A stretch of 64,000 nt of DNA from Octopus vulgaris (GCA_951406725.2 OX597830.1:56792001-56856000); one strand, 5' to 3'; positions 42,052-56,220 are shown, counted from the first letter of the stretch. Translations and numbers: made by a program. Notes: generated by a model not told the origin, from the sequence alone.

Positions 42052-42604
42052 ATGATAAATATCAAAGTGAGTTATATACAGTAGCGGTAACACATCGTGA
42101 CGTATATTTGCCATCTCAATATGGCTACCCCTAAGGGTGGATGCTACTATAGTTTTTAGCCCCAGGAGGACACACTCCTCCAGCTGGCCATAGACACACT
42201 TTCTGTGTCCTGTCAGTATTTGCAAAGGGAAGTCATCCTTCCCGTCTTCAACTTATGATACACACGGACTCGAGTATCGAGGTATTGACCTCTCGTCAGC
42301 GTGTGACAATCATAGTTGTCGGCGAGAATTAGATTTCCTTCACAAATACTTATACTTTTTCCAGCGTCCACTGTCGCTGATATTGAAAAAGTGAAATCAA
42401 ACAATGATAAATATCAAAGTGAGTTATATACAGTAGCGGTAACACATCGTGACGTATATTTGCCATCTCAATATGGCTACCGCTAAGGGTGGATGCTACT
42501 GTAGTTTTTAGCCCCAGGAGGACACACTCCTCCAGCTGGCCATTGACACACTTTCTGTGTCCTGTCAGTATTTGCAAAGGGAAGTCATCCTTCCCGTCTT
42601 CAAC
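42052..42604 (-). mobile_element. Retrozyme-like partial tandem repeat (352-bp period) containing a hammerhead motif
   Basis: 42052-42252 is repeated at 42404-42604; hammerhead-like motif at 42261-42305; (AT)n on both flanks; no credible ORF. Confidence 0.7.
42261..42305 (-). ncRNA. Type I hammerhead-like motif (A14U variant)
   Basis: CACACG-CTGACGA-GAGG tcaata CCTC-GATA-CTCGAG-TC-CGTGTG, with a perfect 6-bp stem I. Confidence 0.72.
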
Positions 42605-42648
<44 letters not shown>

Positions 42649-44222
42649 GTATATATATATATATATATATACGTATATAAGCGAATATAAGTGAAAGTAC
42701 AACAAGTCACTGTATTTGAGAAGAATATTTTCGCTTTTGATATAGTATTTTGCAACTAGAACATACTCGCGAATACACGTGTTAAAACGCACGTGTGTTA
42801 CTTTCCCGAAATCGAAGTGAATTTTATTCTTCGTCTGTGAATCAACAAGACACAGGATATTTTCGTTTTTGATGTATATCTGCGTGTTCTGAAAAAAGCC
42901 TCTGAAAAATTTGCTGCTTAATACCAAATCGCTTAGGAAAATACAGAAAGTATTCCTCAAACTGTTGCATGTGCTAAATCGAAACTCAAATCCCTTTTGT
43001 TTACAAAGTGCGCTTAAGGAATATAAAAGGTCTGTCTTGTCTATCTATCTTCCTTTCTCATAAAAAGGAATCGCGTAAGTACTCTCTCAGCCGGTAAGGT
43101 AAGGAAGATATTATTTATTTTGTTATCATTAGTGTTCTTTCAAACAGAAAATAATAATATATCTATGTGTATGTATATGTGTGTGTTAGAAGTATAGTCG
43201 CAATTAGTTTTTATTTTAGAAGACATTGTCTGTAGCGACGGACAAATATATATTTTCTTTTCTCTTTTTCTCTGCTTAAATTCTGTAAAATCTCTATGTG
43301 TATGTATATGTGTGTGTTAAAAGTATAGTCGCAATTAGTTTTTATTTTAGAAGACATTGTCTGTAGCGACGGACAAATACATATTTTCTTTTCTCTTTTT
43401 CTCTGCTTAAATTCTGTAAAATCTCTTGGATTGTTTTCTTTCAGCTATTTCATTATTATTATTATTGTTTCTTTATATACTCACTTGGTACTACTGTTTA
43501 CATATGAGAGATGGAAACAGGAAACACCAACCACAGAGTGTCAAAAAATGACATGCCCACTGCCACAGTCGAAGAAGGCAATATATGTGCATGTGCACAC
43601 ATGTGTATATGTGTGTATATGTATGTATACGCGTGTATGTGTGTGTACAAATAGCTTCGCTTAGAATTCTCCCCTCTCTCTCTCTCTGTCTGTCTCTTCA
43701 GTTCTCTCCCTCACGCTTCTCCTTGTCTCTTCATAACTCTCATTCTATCTTACTCCCCTTTTTCAAATATATAAATTCTCTCTATATTTCTTCCTTCTCT
43801 CCCTATCTCTTCAGTTTCTCTCCCGCTTCTCCTTGTCTCTCCATTACTCTCTTCTATCTCTTCAGTTTCTCTCCCGCTTCTCCTTGTCTCTCCATTACTC
43901 TCTTCTAACTTACTCTCCTCTCTCGGATACATATAAGGACATAGACGCTTTCTCTCTCTTCCTTCAGCTCTCAGTCTCTCCTCTTCCTCTTCTCTCTTAC
44001 TCTCGGCTCCCAATTTCTCCTTAAGTACATAGACGCTCCCTTTCTCTACTTCCTCCCTACCCCCTATTGCACTATTAGATTAATATAAATTAATATAATA
44101 TAATTAATATAATTAATATAATATAATATAATATAATTCCTCCCTTCCTCACAATCTCTTCCTCTCTCCTCCCTTCTCCCTTTTTCCCTCACAGCTTCTC
44201 TCTCTCTCCCCGCTACAACGGA

Positions 44223-45174
44223 ATGGACAACATGCAAAAATTAGAGGTGAATGCAAACACTGGCGTCAACAAAAGCCAGCGTAACTGGACGAAAGTAGAG
44301 CTGGAAGTTTTCATCAGAGGATGGAGCTCGGCCGACAGATCGCAACCAACTAAAAACATAGCGGCGACCCTGAAAAGCCATGGCTTTATGAGGACGTTGG
44401 CGCAAGTAGAGAGGAAGAAAAGAGAAGTCGAAAGGGCCTACACTCTCATTGCACCACACATGGCTTTGCTAAGCCAAGTCCTCAAGGTGGACAAAGACAA
44501 AGAGAGAGAGATGGAAACAGGAAACACCAACCACAGAGTGTCAAAAAATGACACGCCCACTGCCACAGTCGAAGAAGGCAAGCAGGGCAAACAACAGATA
44601 GGCGGCGATGGGGAAACGGAAAATAACCACCCGGATGAAAATACCTATGCAGAAAGGAACCAGTGGACAACCGTCCAACGGAGGAAGAAAAAACAGAGGA
44701 ACTGGGGACAAGAAAACCCAGATAACATGCAAATTCTTCCGGAATGGAACCTGCTGGCATGGAGAAACAGGGGAAGGATGCAGGTTCGCTCATCCCAGGC
44801 CCTATGGAAATTGCATCAAACCCACTCGACCAAAATGCCTTAACCAAAACCAAGACCGAAACCAAAACCAGAACAAATACAAGCTGCCCCAGAAATATGC
44901 AGACATAGTGCGTAATGCCCCAACAAGGAGAAGGCGCACATTTGCAGAGGAAATGCAGACGGCGGCAGCAGAACAAAGAAATTTTGTGGAAATAGCAGAG
45001 AAAATTGTGGGACAACTGGCCTGGATACATCGTCTTCAGAGCCAGGGGCACTCACAACAGCACTCAAGACCACCACAATCAAGGGACCCAGGGTGGCCAC
45101 CGCTGACACCAGCCCAGGTGCCACACCGTCAGCCTTTATTGACACCCCAAATATCTCACCAGTGCTTCTGCTGA
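44223..45174 (+). pseudogene. LINE ORF1: Myb/SANT-like domain plus CCCH zinc finger (one frameshift)
   Basis: RNWTKVELEVFIRGW...IAATLKSHGFMRTLAQVERKK and CKFFRNGTCWHGETGEGCRFAH; homologous to 54518-55494. Confidence 0.75.
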
Positions 45175-48113
45175 ATGTCAGAGGTCTGGTGAAACCCACT
45201 AATATGAGTAAAATTCCTTACCTTAGGGACTTAAGCACAAGCAACCATGCAATATGCATAGCGCTGACTGAAACGCACCTGTCAAGCAGTATAGCAGATG
45301 CAGAAATACACATACCAAAGTATACTGTTTTTCGGTCAGACAGGAAGGAAAGAACTCATGGTGGGGTTGCCCTGTACGTCCGTGAAGATGTCACACCCAT
45401 AGTACTGTTGACACACTCAAACTCAGTCTGTGACACACTGATAGTACACATGAAACAACCGAAAATAGTAATATGTGTCACATATCGGCCACCAGACACC
45501 CCTAGTCATGAAGGAGTGTTTGAAGATAGCCTCAGAAGAATAGAAGAAGTCCTGGACAAACTGGACCAGGGTAACACCATTCTACTGCTGGGAGATTTTA
45601 ACCTTCCGAAAGTCAAATGGCCAGATGGCCATCTCCTCCCTGGAATGACATCACTTGAACAGAGACAGACAGAGTCCTTGTTGGCTCTCACACGCAAGTT
45701 TTTCATGGAGCAAGCAGTGCTTCGGCCAACAAGAGGTGAGAATGTCTTGGACCTCTGTTTCACAAGCAACCCGATGCTCATCCACAACATAATGGTAACA
45801 CCAACAATTCTCTCAGATCACAACTTAGTAGAGGTAATGATATATGGTATGAGAGAGTTAGTTGAGACGCAGCCATTAGAAAATACCACAGGCCTATCCA
45901 GTCTAAACTTCCATAAGGCAAACTGGAAGAAGATCAACGAAGAGATCCGAAAACATGACTGGAGTGACTTCATCACCACACAAGACACCAACACACATTT
46001 CCAACATTTCATGACAACAATACAGAACATATGCCATAAGTTTGTCCCGGAGAGAAAAGCCAGCGGGCATAGGAACGTTATTCCCAGAGACAGGAAAATA
46101 CTTATGAGGCGAAGAGCTAAGCTCTCGAAGCAACTGAATGCACGGCAGAGAAACAATGAGGGACACCACCTGAAACTTTTGAAACGGAAACTGCACTCAA
46201 ACTTTCCTATGAGAAGGAGGGGGCAGAGAGAGAAGCCAGGGCCATAGAGAATATTAAAACAAACCCTAAAGCCTTCTTTAAATTTGCGAAAGAAACCACC
46301 TCGGTACACTGCAAGATTGGCCCACTCTTTGATAAAAAGGGCTCTCTAACTGAGGACCCCCAAGGGATAAGTGAAATACTAAAGGAACAGTATAAAAGTG
46401 TGTTCACATCCCCTCTGGGGCACATGCAAATCACAAACCCAGAAGTTTTCTTTGATGCCACAACACTCCAAAACCAAACAACAACCATCGACCACATAGA
46501 CATAACAGAGAGGGATGTAATATCTGCCATAGAAGAAATGAGAATAAACTCAGCTGCTGGACCAGATGGATTCCCAGCAGTTCTCCTAAAAGCATGCAGG
46601 CATACCCAAGCGGGACCACTGAAGAAGCTCTTCAGTGGTTCCTTGGCTAACGGTAAACTGCCCAGGGCGCTAAAAGAAGGCACCATATGCCCTATCCACA
46701 AAGGAGGGAGTAGAGTAGAGGCCAAAAACTACAGGCCAGTCTCCCTGACGTCACACATAAGTAAGGTCATGGAACGAATCATCAGAAAAAAACTGATCAC
46801 GTTCCTCGAAGAAACTAACCGTCTCACTGACACACAGCATGGCTTTCGCCCAGGAAGAAGCTGCCTTACGCAGCTGCTACAACACTACGACTGGGTACTG
46901 AAACAACTACTGGATCGCTCACAGGTGGATGTGGTATATCTCGACTTTGCGAAGGCCTTTGACAAAGTCGACCACGGAGTGATATGTCACAAATTACTCA
47001 GACTCGGCATAACAGGAAAAGTAGGTGAGTGGATACATGACTTCCTGAAGGACAGAAGCCAGATGGTTGCAGCCAATGGAGCCCTCTCGGGAAAGACACC
47101 AATAGCAAGCGGGGTGCCACAGGGCACAGTCTTGGGACCCTTGCTGTTTTTGGTGGCGCTCTATGACATGCCCTTGGTAGCACAAACAACATCCCTCACT
47201 AGCTATGCTGATGACACAAAGGTAGCACAGGCAGTCAAAAACCCAGCTGATGCTGACCTTTTACAACAAGATCTGGATGCCATATACAAATGGGCTGAAG
47301 ACTACAACATGCAATTTAATGCTGGTAAATTTCAAGCCTTACAATATCAAGCTGTAAACACATATACATTACAACACAACTATACTGGTCCAGGAGGGAT
47401 CGAAATCCCAGTATCGAAATCAATACGGGACCTGGGGATAGACATGAGTGACGATGCATCTTTTTCTTCACACATCGCGAAGGTGGCGACAATGTGCAGA
47501 CGACTCACTGGCTGGATCCTGAGGACATTCCGGACAAGAGACTGCGAGACCATGTTGACACTATGGAGGACATTTGTCCTAAGCCGCCTGGACTACTGCT
47601 CCCAACTGTGGTCACCGCATAGTGTCAAACTAACCACAGAGCTTGAGACAATCCAAAGACATTTCACCAAGAGGATTTCCACCATGAAAGAAAAGAACTA
47701 TTGGGAGAGGCTTAGGGAACTCAATTTGTACTCCTTGGAACGAAGACGAGAGAGATATGCAGTGATATACATATCGAAAATCCTGGAGGGACTAGCACCA
47801 AATTTTGGAATTGAGAGCTGTTCCAATCCCCGTACAGGACGTCACTGTGTGGTGCCAAAGGTCCCGTCTTCCACATCCAGGGTAAGGAGCAGATACTGTA
47901 ATAGCCTGGGGTTCAGGGGCCCTCAGCTGTTCAACAAACTGCCAAGAAAACTAAGAGATCTACATGATGCGGATGTGGACATTTTCAAAAACATCTAGAC
48001 AAGCTGCTTTCCGGGATCCCAGATGAACCCACTGCAAGGTACGAAGGTAACCTAAGGGCAGCAGCTACAAACTCTCTCTTAGATCAGTGGCCAGCCACGG
48101 CAAACTGGACTTA
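45162..48113 (+). pseudogene. LINE ORF2: AP endonuclease and reverse transcriptase (frameshifted)
   Basis: LNVRGL, LTETHL, GGVALYV, YRPP, LLGDFN, SDHN; YLDFAKAFDKV, GVPQG, YADD. Confidence 0.92.
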
Positions 48114-48195
48114 GAGAGGGTAGCAACAAGGGCGGTGCCCCAGCATGGCCTCAGCCGGATGGCTGAAACAAGTAAAAGAGTAAAAGAGTAAAAGA

Positions 48196-48275
<80 letters not shown>

Positions 48276-48568
48276 GTACATATATATATATCCGTATATA
48301 TATATATATATATATATATACGTATATATTTATATATATAGATATATATACGTATATATATATATATATATATATCGTATATATATATATATATATATAT
48401 ATACGTATATATATATATACGTATATATATATATATATATATAAATATATACGTATATATATATATATATATATATAATTATATACGTATATATATATAT
48501 ACAGATATATATATGTACGTATATATATATATATACGTATATATATATATATATACGTATATATATAC

Positions 48569-48607
<39 letters not shown>

Positions 48608-48613
48608 TATACG

Positions 48614-48664
<51 letters not shown>

Positions 48665-48681
48665 CGTATATATATATATAC

Positions 48682-48749
<68 letters not shown>

Positions 48750-48875
48750 GTATATATATATACGTATATATATATTTATACGTATATATATATATTTATA
48801 CGTATATATATATATACGTATATATATATATATATTTATACGTATATATATATATTTATACGTATATATATATAC

Positions 48876-48933
<58 letters not shown>

Positions 48934-49052
48934 GCGCGTACGCTCGTGTGTTTATGTATGTGTAGGTACGTAGAGTTATCTATGTGTGTATTTATATGTA
49001 CATGTGTAAGTATGTATATATATGTATGTATGTGTATGTATATGTATGTGTA

Positions 49053-49107
<55 letters not shown>

Positions 49108-49184
49108 GTGTATGTGTATATGTAGGTGTATGTGTGTATGTATATATTTATATTTATATATATATGTGTGTATATATGTATATA

Positions 49185-49217
<33 letters not shown>

Positions 49218-49298
49218 GTATGTATGTGTGTATGTGTATATGTAGGTGTATGTGTGTATGTGTATATATATATATATATATATATGTGTATATATGTA

Positions 49299-49335
<37 letters not shown>

Positions 49336-49664
49336 ATGTGTGTAAGTTTATTATATGTATGTATCCGTCTATATAATAGGTAACTGCACGTACATATACT
49401 TAATATTTATTTTTTGAGTATGCATGTATGAATAACTGCGCGTATATATATTTACTATTTACTTATTTTTTGAGTATGCATGTTAGTATGAATATATATA
49501 TGTATATGTATATATATATATATTTATATATATATGTATATATATATATATGTACATGTATGTATTTGTATGTAGGTGTACATGTATGTGTGTGTATTTA
49601 TATTTATTGGTGTATATGTATAGACTAGCCTTCTAAGAGTGTAGACATGAATCTGTAGGTACGC

Positions 49665-49716
<52 letters not shown>

Positions 49717-50561
49717 ATTTGTATGTAGGTGTACATGTATGTGTGTGTATTTATATTTATTGGTGTATATGTATAGACTAGCCTTCTAAGAGTGTAGACA
49801 TGAATCTGTAGGTACGCGTACGTATGTGTATATACGTGAATGTATGTAGATGTATGTATGTATGAATATAACGCGTGCGTGCGTGTATGCGTATGAGTGT
49901 ACGAATGAGTGAGTGTACGTGCTAAAGAGTGTGCGTGAGTGAATGAGTAATTGTTTTCCAGTAGACGGATAAATGGTCTGGCTGTCATAGCCAAGATGTT
50001 TGTGACCAAGCGGCCAAAGATAACAAAAGTAATAAACGAAGATAATAAAATTAAAATTAGGGAATGGGTCTGTATTTGTATATGTATATATATATGTGTG
50101 TATGTGTAGGTATGCATGGGTACACATATGTATATATATGTGTATATATATATATATGTGTATGTATATATATGTGTATATGTATGTGTATGTATGTATA
50201 TATATGTGTATGTATGTGTATGTGTGGGTGTATATATATGTGTGTATGTGTATATATGTGTATATAGGGACTAGTGTGCTGTGTGTGCATGTGTGTGTAT
50301 GGATTTGTGTGTGTATGCGTGTATGTGAGTATGTGTGTGTATGTGTGTATATATATATATTTTTCTGTGTGTATATGTATGTGTGGTCGTGTGTGTATAT
50401 ATACATGTGTGTATACGTGTATGCAAGTGAGTGTGTGTATGTATACATATATATGTGTATGTGTAGATATGTATATGTATGTGTGAGAGTATAAATGTGT
50501 GTATGTGTAGAGGTATAAGTGAGAATCTCCTTATTTACCTAAAACTCTATTCCCCCCCTTT

Positions 50562-50601
<40 letters not shown>

Positions 50602-50645
50602 TTTTATTTTTTTATTTTTATTTTTATTTTTTTATTTTTTTATAT

Positions 50646-50678
<33 letters not shown>

Positions 50679-50846
50679 ATTTTTTATTTTTTATTTTTAT
50701 TTATTCTCCTATCTAATTTAACACTGACCCCTTGACCACTCCCCCAAGTATGATTTTTTGCGCTATGCCTACCCCCAAAAAGTCCCCCACCAACACCCCT
50801 TTAAACCTGCCTAAATGTATAAATGCCAATACAATTCTTGTTAACT

Positions 50847-50897
50847 AGCTTCCTGAAGATTTCTCTTGAATGAAACAGTTCTAGTCCTGTAGAAGCT
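50847..50897 (+). ncRNA. Type I hammerhead ribozyme candidate with canonical core
   Basis: AGCTTC-CTGAAGA-T-TTC tctt GAA-T-GAAA-CAG ttctagtc CTG-TA-GAAGCT. Confidence 0.72.
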
Positions 50898-50920
50898 CCT
50901 TCTATATAATAAAATATACA

Positions 50921-51035
<115 letters not shown>

Positions 51036-51094
51036 CCATACATATATATATATATATACGTATATATATATATATACATGCATATATATACATC

Positions 51095-51161
<67 letters not shown>

Positions 51162-51187
51162 ATATATACATACATATATATATATAC

Positions 51188-51465
<278 letters not shown>

Positions 51466-51488
51466 CACGTATATATATATATATATAT

Positions 51489-54400
51489 TGATTGATTGAT
51501 TGATTGATATTCTAGTTTCAGCTTATGAGCTGTGGCCATGCTGGGGCACCGCCATTTGGTGTTGCTACTTGGTTTTACTCCACGAAAGATTTTTAGCAAC
51601 TGCTATTTGGTGCATGAGAGAGTTCGATGCAGCTGCCCTCATCTGCACCTCCTGCCGTGAAGTTGGTTCATCTGGGACACCTGACAGGAAGAGATCCAGT
51701 TTCATTTTAAAGACATCTGCATCCACCCCATGCAGGTCTCTCAGGTTCTTCGGGAGGATATTGAAGAGCTGTGGGCCACGGAAGCCCAGGCTATCACAGA
51801 ATCTTGTCCTACATCTTGATGGCAACTTGGAGTCCTAGGCACCACGCAGTGGCGCCCAGTTCTGGCATTTGCGTAACTCTCGATGCCAAAGTTTAGGACA
51901 CGTCCCTCCAGGATCTTCCAGATGTATATTATGGCATATCTTTCCCGCCTACGCTCCAAGGAATATAGTTTTAATCTCTTGAGTCTTTCCCAGTAGCTTA
52001 CATTCTGCATAGAGGCTATCTTCTTCGTGTAGCTGCGTTGGATCGCCTCGAGCTCTGTGATCAACTTGACACTGGATGGTGACCATAACTGAGAGCAGTA
52101 GCCAAAGTGGCTTAGGACAAGTGTCCTCCAGAGGACCATCATGGTTTCTTGTTCTCTTGTCCTAAAGGTTCTGAGGTTCCATCCGGCCAGTCGTCTACAT
52201 TTCATTGCCAATTTAGCAACATGTACACGAAAGGTTGCGTCATCACTCATGTAAATACCCAGGTCACGCACTGATTGTGCCTCTGGGATTGCTATTCCTC
52301 CGGGTCCAGTGTATTCATTGGGTATTGCATTTAGTTTTGCATGCTGATAGTATAAAGCTTGAAACTTTTCAGCATTGAACTGCATGCTATTCTTTTCAGC
52401 TCACTTGTATATTTTGTCCAGCTCACATTGCAGGCGTTTAGTGTCTTCAGGGTTCTGTAGTGCCTGTGAAACTTTTGTATCATCTGCATAACTTGTGATC
52501 GTGGCTCTCTGCGTGGCTGAGGGCATGTCTGAGAGGGCCATTATGAACAGTAGTGGTCCCAAAACAGTGCCCTGCGGAACACCGCTCACTATTTGCGTGT
52601 TAATGGAAGTGGCCCCATTGGCTACTACCACCTGACTTCTATCTTTCAGAAAGTCATGGAGCCATTCTCCCAGTTTTCCAACTATGTTGAGATCACGCAG
52701 TTTGTGACATATCATTCCATGATCGACTTTATCAAAGGCCTTTGCAAAGTCGAGATATATCACTTCCACATCTGAGTGGTTGAGCTGCCGTTTCAAAACC
52801 CAGTCATAGTGCTGCAGGAGCTGAGTTAAACAGCTTCTCCCTGGTCGGAAACCATGGGTGTCGGGCAGCAAGTCATTCTCTTCAAGGAAGGTGATCAGTT
52901 TCCTTCTGACTATTCGTTCCATGACCTTGCTGATGTGTGAGGTCAGAGAGATAGGTCTGTAGTTCTTGGCCTCCGCTCTGCTACCTCCTTTATAAATGGG
53001 GCATATTTTACCTTCCTTCAGTTTTCTTGGAAGTTTGCCAGCTGCAAGGAAGCTCTGAAAGATTAACTGCAGTTGTCTTGCTAGGACTCTCTTACATACT
53101 TTTAGGAGGATTGCCGGGAATCCATCGGGGCCAGTAGCTGAGTCTGTTTTCATTTCATCTATAGCCTTGATTACATCGTCTTCCTTTATATCGACGTAAT
53201 CTATCGTCGCCGCCTCTGATTTTATATCTGCAGTGGTAAAGAAGTCAGTTGGATTGGTGATTTGGAGATGCCCAAGGGGTGGAGTGAAAACACTCTTGAA
53301 TTGCTCATTCAGTATTTCACTTACCCTCATTGGTTTTCCTGTAAGTGTGCCATCCTTTTCAAGGAGTGGCCCTATTCTACAGTGTAAAGTAGCTGTTTCT
53401 TTGGCATACCTGTAGAAAGCTCTGGGGTTAGATTTTATGTTGTCTATAGCCCAGGCTTCTTTGTCTGCTCTTTCCTTTTCATGGGAGAGTTGCAGACAGT
53501 TTTCAATTTCCAACAGTTTTATTTTTAGGCGGGACTTTTCACTGCTTTCAATCTGTTTGTTTAGGCGATTTGAACTTTTTGTACGCCGTCTCATTAAAAT
53601 TTTCCTCTCTCTGGGGATTTTGATCTTGTGTACAGTGGCCTTTCTCTCTGGGACACATTTGTAGCATATGGCTTGTATTACAGACATGAATTGCTGAAGT
53701 TTCACGTCGATGTCTGGCGAGGAGAGACATTTAGGTCAGTTTTGTTTGAGGATCTCTTTCTCAATTTGTTTCCAGTTTGCCTTATGGTAGTTCAAGCTGG
53801 AAAGATTCTGAGGGTTTCTTGTAGGCTGCATGTCCGTGCTCTCTTTTGGCCCGTACATGGTCAGCTCTACCATGCTGTGATCCGAGAGTAGTGTCACTTT
53901 CACATTATGGATGGGATCCATGTCATTTGTGAAGCAGAGATCCAGTGTGTTACCTGCCCTGGTTGATTGGAGTATTACTTGCTCCATGTACAGGGTGTTG
54001 ATGAGGTTCAGGAGGGACCTCGCCTGTCCTCGTTCACATCTTGTCATTCCTGGGAGAGAAAGGCCCTCGGGCCATCTGACATTGTGTAGATTGAAGTCTC
54101 CCATAAGAAGTACACTTATGTGTTGTTCTAATGTGATTAGAACTTCTTCTATTTTTATAAGGCAGTCTTCAAACTTGCCCACATGGCTTGGGGCATCTGG
54201 AGGACGATATCTAGCACACACAACTACATCAAGTTGCTTTATATGTACAATTAGTGTGTCACACACCGAGTTTGAGTATGACAAAAGGTCCTGGGGTGTG
54301 AGGTCCTCCCGGATGTACATAGCAACTCCTCCATGACTCCTTTCTTTTCTGTCGGTCCGTAGTACAACATACTGTGGTATGTGTAATTCGGCATCTGCTA

Positions 54401-55504
54401 TGTCCGGTTTCAGGTGCGTTTCCGTGAGTGCTATGCATAAGGCTTGATTGCATGCAACAAAGTCTCTCAAGAACGGGATTTTTGTCCTGTTACTGAGTGT
54501 TTGCAGTCCTCTGATGTTCAGTAGGAGCATCGAGGTGAGGTGTATGCTGTTGCCGGCGGTGTCCACCTTGGGTCAGTTTGCAGTGGTGGTCTTGTATACT
54601 GTGGGTAGTCCCATCTGCGAGCTTGGGTTTGATGAAGCCAGGTTAGCTGTTGTACAATCTTTCTTTTGTGCCATGCATTGTGAACTGTGGGTAGTCCCAT
54701 CTGCGAGCTTGAGTTTGATGGAGCCAGGTTAGCTGCGGTACAATCTTTTGTGCCATGCTCAAAAAAGATTCTTGTTCAGCAGCTGCCCTTTCAACAACAT
54801 GTTGGCGGTTTGTGGCACGCACGACATCTGCGTACCTCCACTTTGGGGCAGGTGGTGCGTGGTCCATCGCTTTTCCTTTCGGTGGTTGGTTTCTGCGACA
54901 GGGTCCCGGATGTGCAAAACGGCAGCCTGCACCTTCCTCTCCATGCCAGCAGGCACCTCTCAGGTAGAACCTACACACCCGTGTGCGCTGCTTGTTTCCA
55001 TCCTTTTTGGTATATGGATAGTTAGGTTTGCTTCTATCCTTGGCTGTTTCGTTTTTTGGTTTTCCCTGAGTTTTAGTTTTAGTTTTTCCTCCTTTTTTGG
55101 TTCTTTCATATCCATGTCCATGGCTTTTGGTGCTGGTAGGAGGACCCGCACTTGGGTTTACCTCCCGGGCAGGTTTCTCACTGGAGTTTTCTTCCTGGGC
55201 GTCTACCAGGTGGGGGTGACCTTTTTCATCAGCGCCCGCGTCTCCATCCTTGCCATCTTTACTTTATTCGCTTCGTTCGCTCTCAAAGATGGCATCCAGC
55301 GTGTTAATGTGCGATCTGATAAGTGCGTAGGAGCGTATAAATTCTTGCTTCTTCCGCTCTATTTGAGCTGACGTCCTTTTGTATCCGCTGCTCATCAGCG
55401 CAGCCGTAATTATGTTATTCGGATTTTCTCCGCCAGCGCATCGCCATCCTCTCAGGAACAACGCCAATTCGTCACTTTTCCAGGTTCTGGACATTCTTGA
55501 TATT

Positions 55505-55547
<43 letters not shown>

Positions 55548-56220
55548 ATCTAAATATATTAATTTATATTAATCTAATAGTGCAATAGGGGGTAGGGAAG
55601 AAATAGAGAAAGAGAGCGTCTATGTACTTAAGGAGAGATTGAAAGAAGAGAGTAAGCCGAAAGAAGAGAGTAAGAAAGAAGAGGAAGAGGAGAGACTGAG
55701 AGCTGAAGGAAGAGAGAGAAAGCGTCTATGTACTTAAAGAGAGATTGAAAGCTGAAAGAAGAGAGGAGAGATTGAGAGCTGAAAGAGGAGAGTAAGAAAG
55801 AAGAGAGTAATGAAGAGACAAGGAGGTGCGTGAGGGAGAGAACTGAAGAGACAGAGAGAGAAGGAAGAAATAGAGAAAGAATATATATATCTCTCCGCAG
55901 AAAATTTCTAAACGAAACTAATTGTACACACACATACACATATGCATACACATATATATACATACATATACACATATACACACGTGTGCACATATATAAA
56001 CAAGAATAACAAATAAGTATATAAAGAAAAAAAAGAGCTAAAAAACAGAAGCCAAGAGATTATTACAGACAATTTCTAAACGAAACTAATCGCACACACA
56101 CATATACATATGTATACACACACATACACACATATGTATACATATATATATAACAAGCCAAGAGATTATTACAGAATATAAACAGAGAAAAAGAAGATAT
56201 GTATCTGTAAACAGAATTAA

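Larger units (their letters stand above)
42677..48197 (+). mobile_element. Near-full-length CR1-group LINE, lineage B
   Basis: About 1.5 kb of putative 5' UTR, ORF1, then ORF2 (AP endonuclease 45093-46247, RT 46400-47998, frameshifted) and a GTAAAAGA repeat tail. (AT)n on both sides; the 5' boundary is inferred. Confidence 0.88.

Noticed and set aside
43070-44195. Intron in the LINE 5' UTR (GTAAG donors, pyrimidine tract and CAG before ORF1)
   Set aside because: The lineage A copy lacks an equivalent acceptor, and the idea cannot be supported without transcripts.
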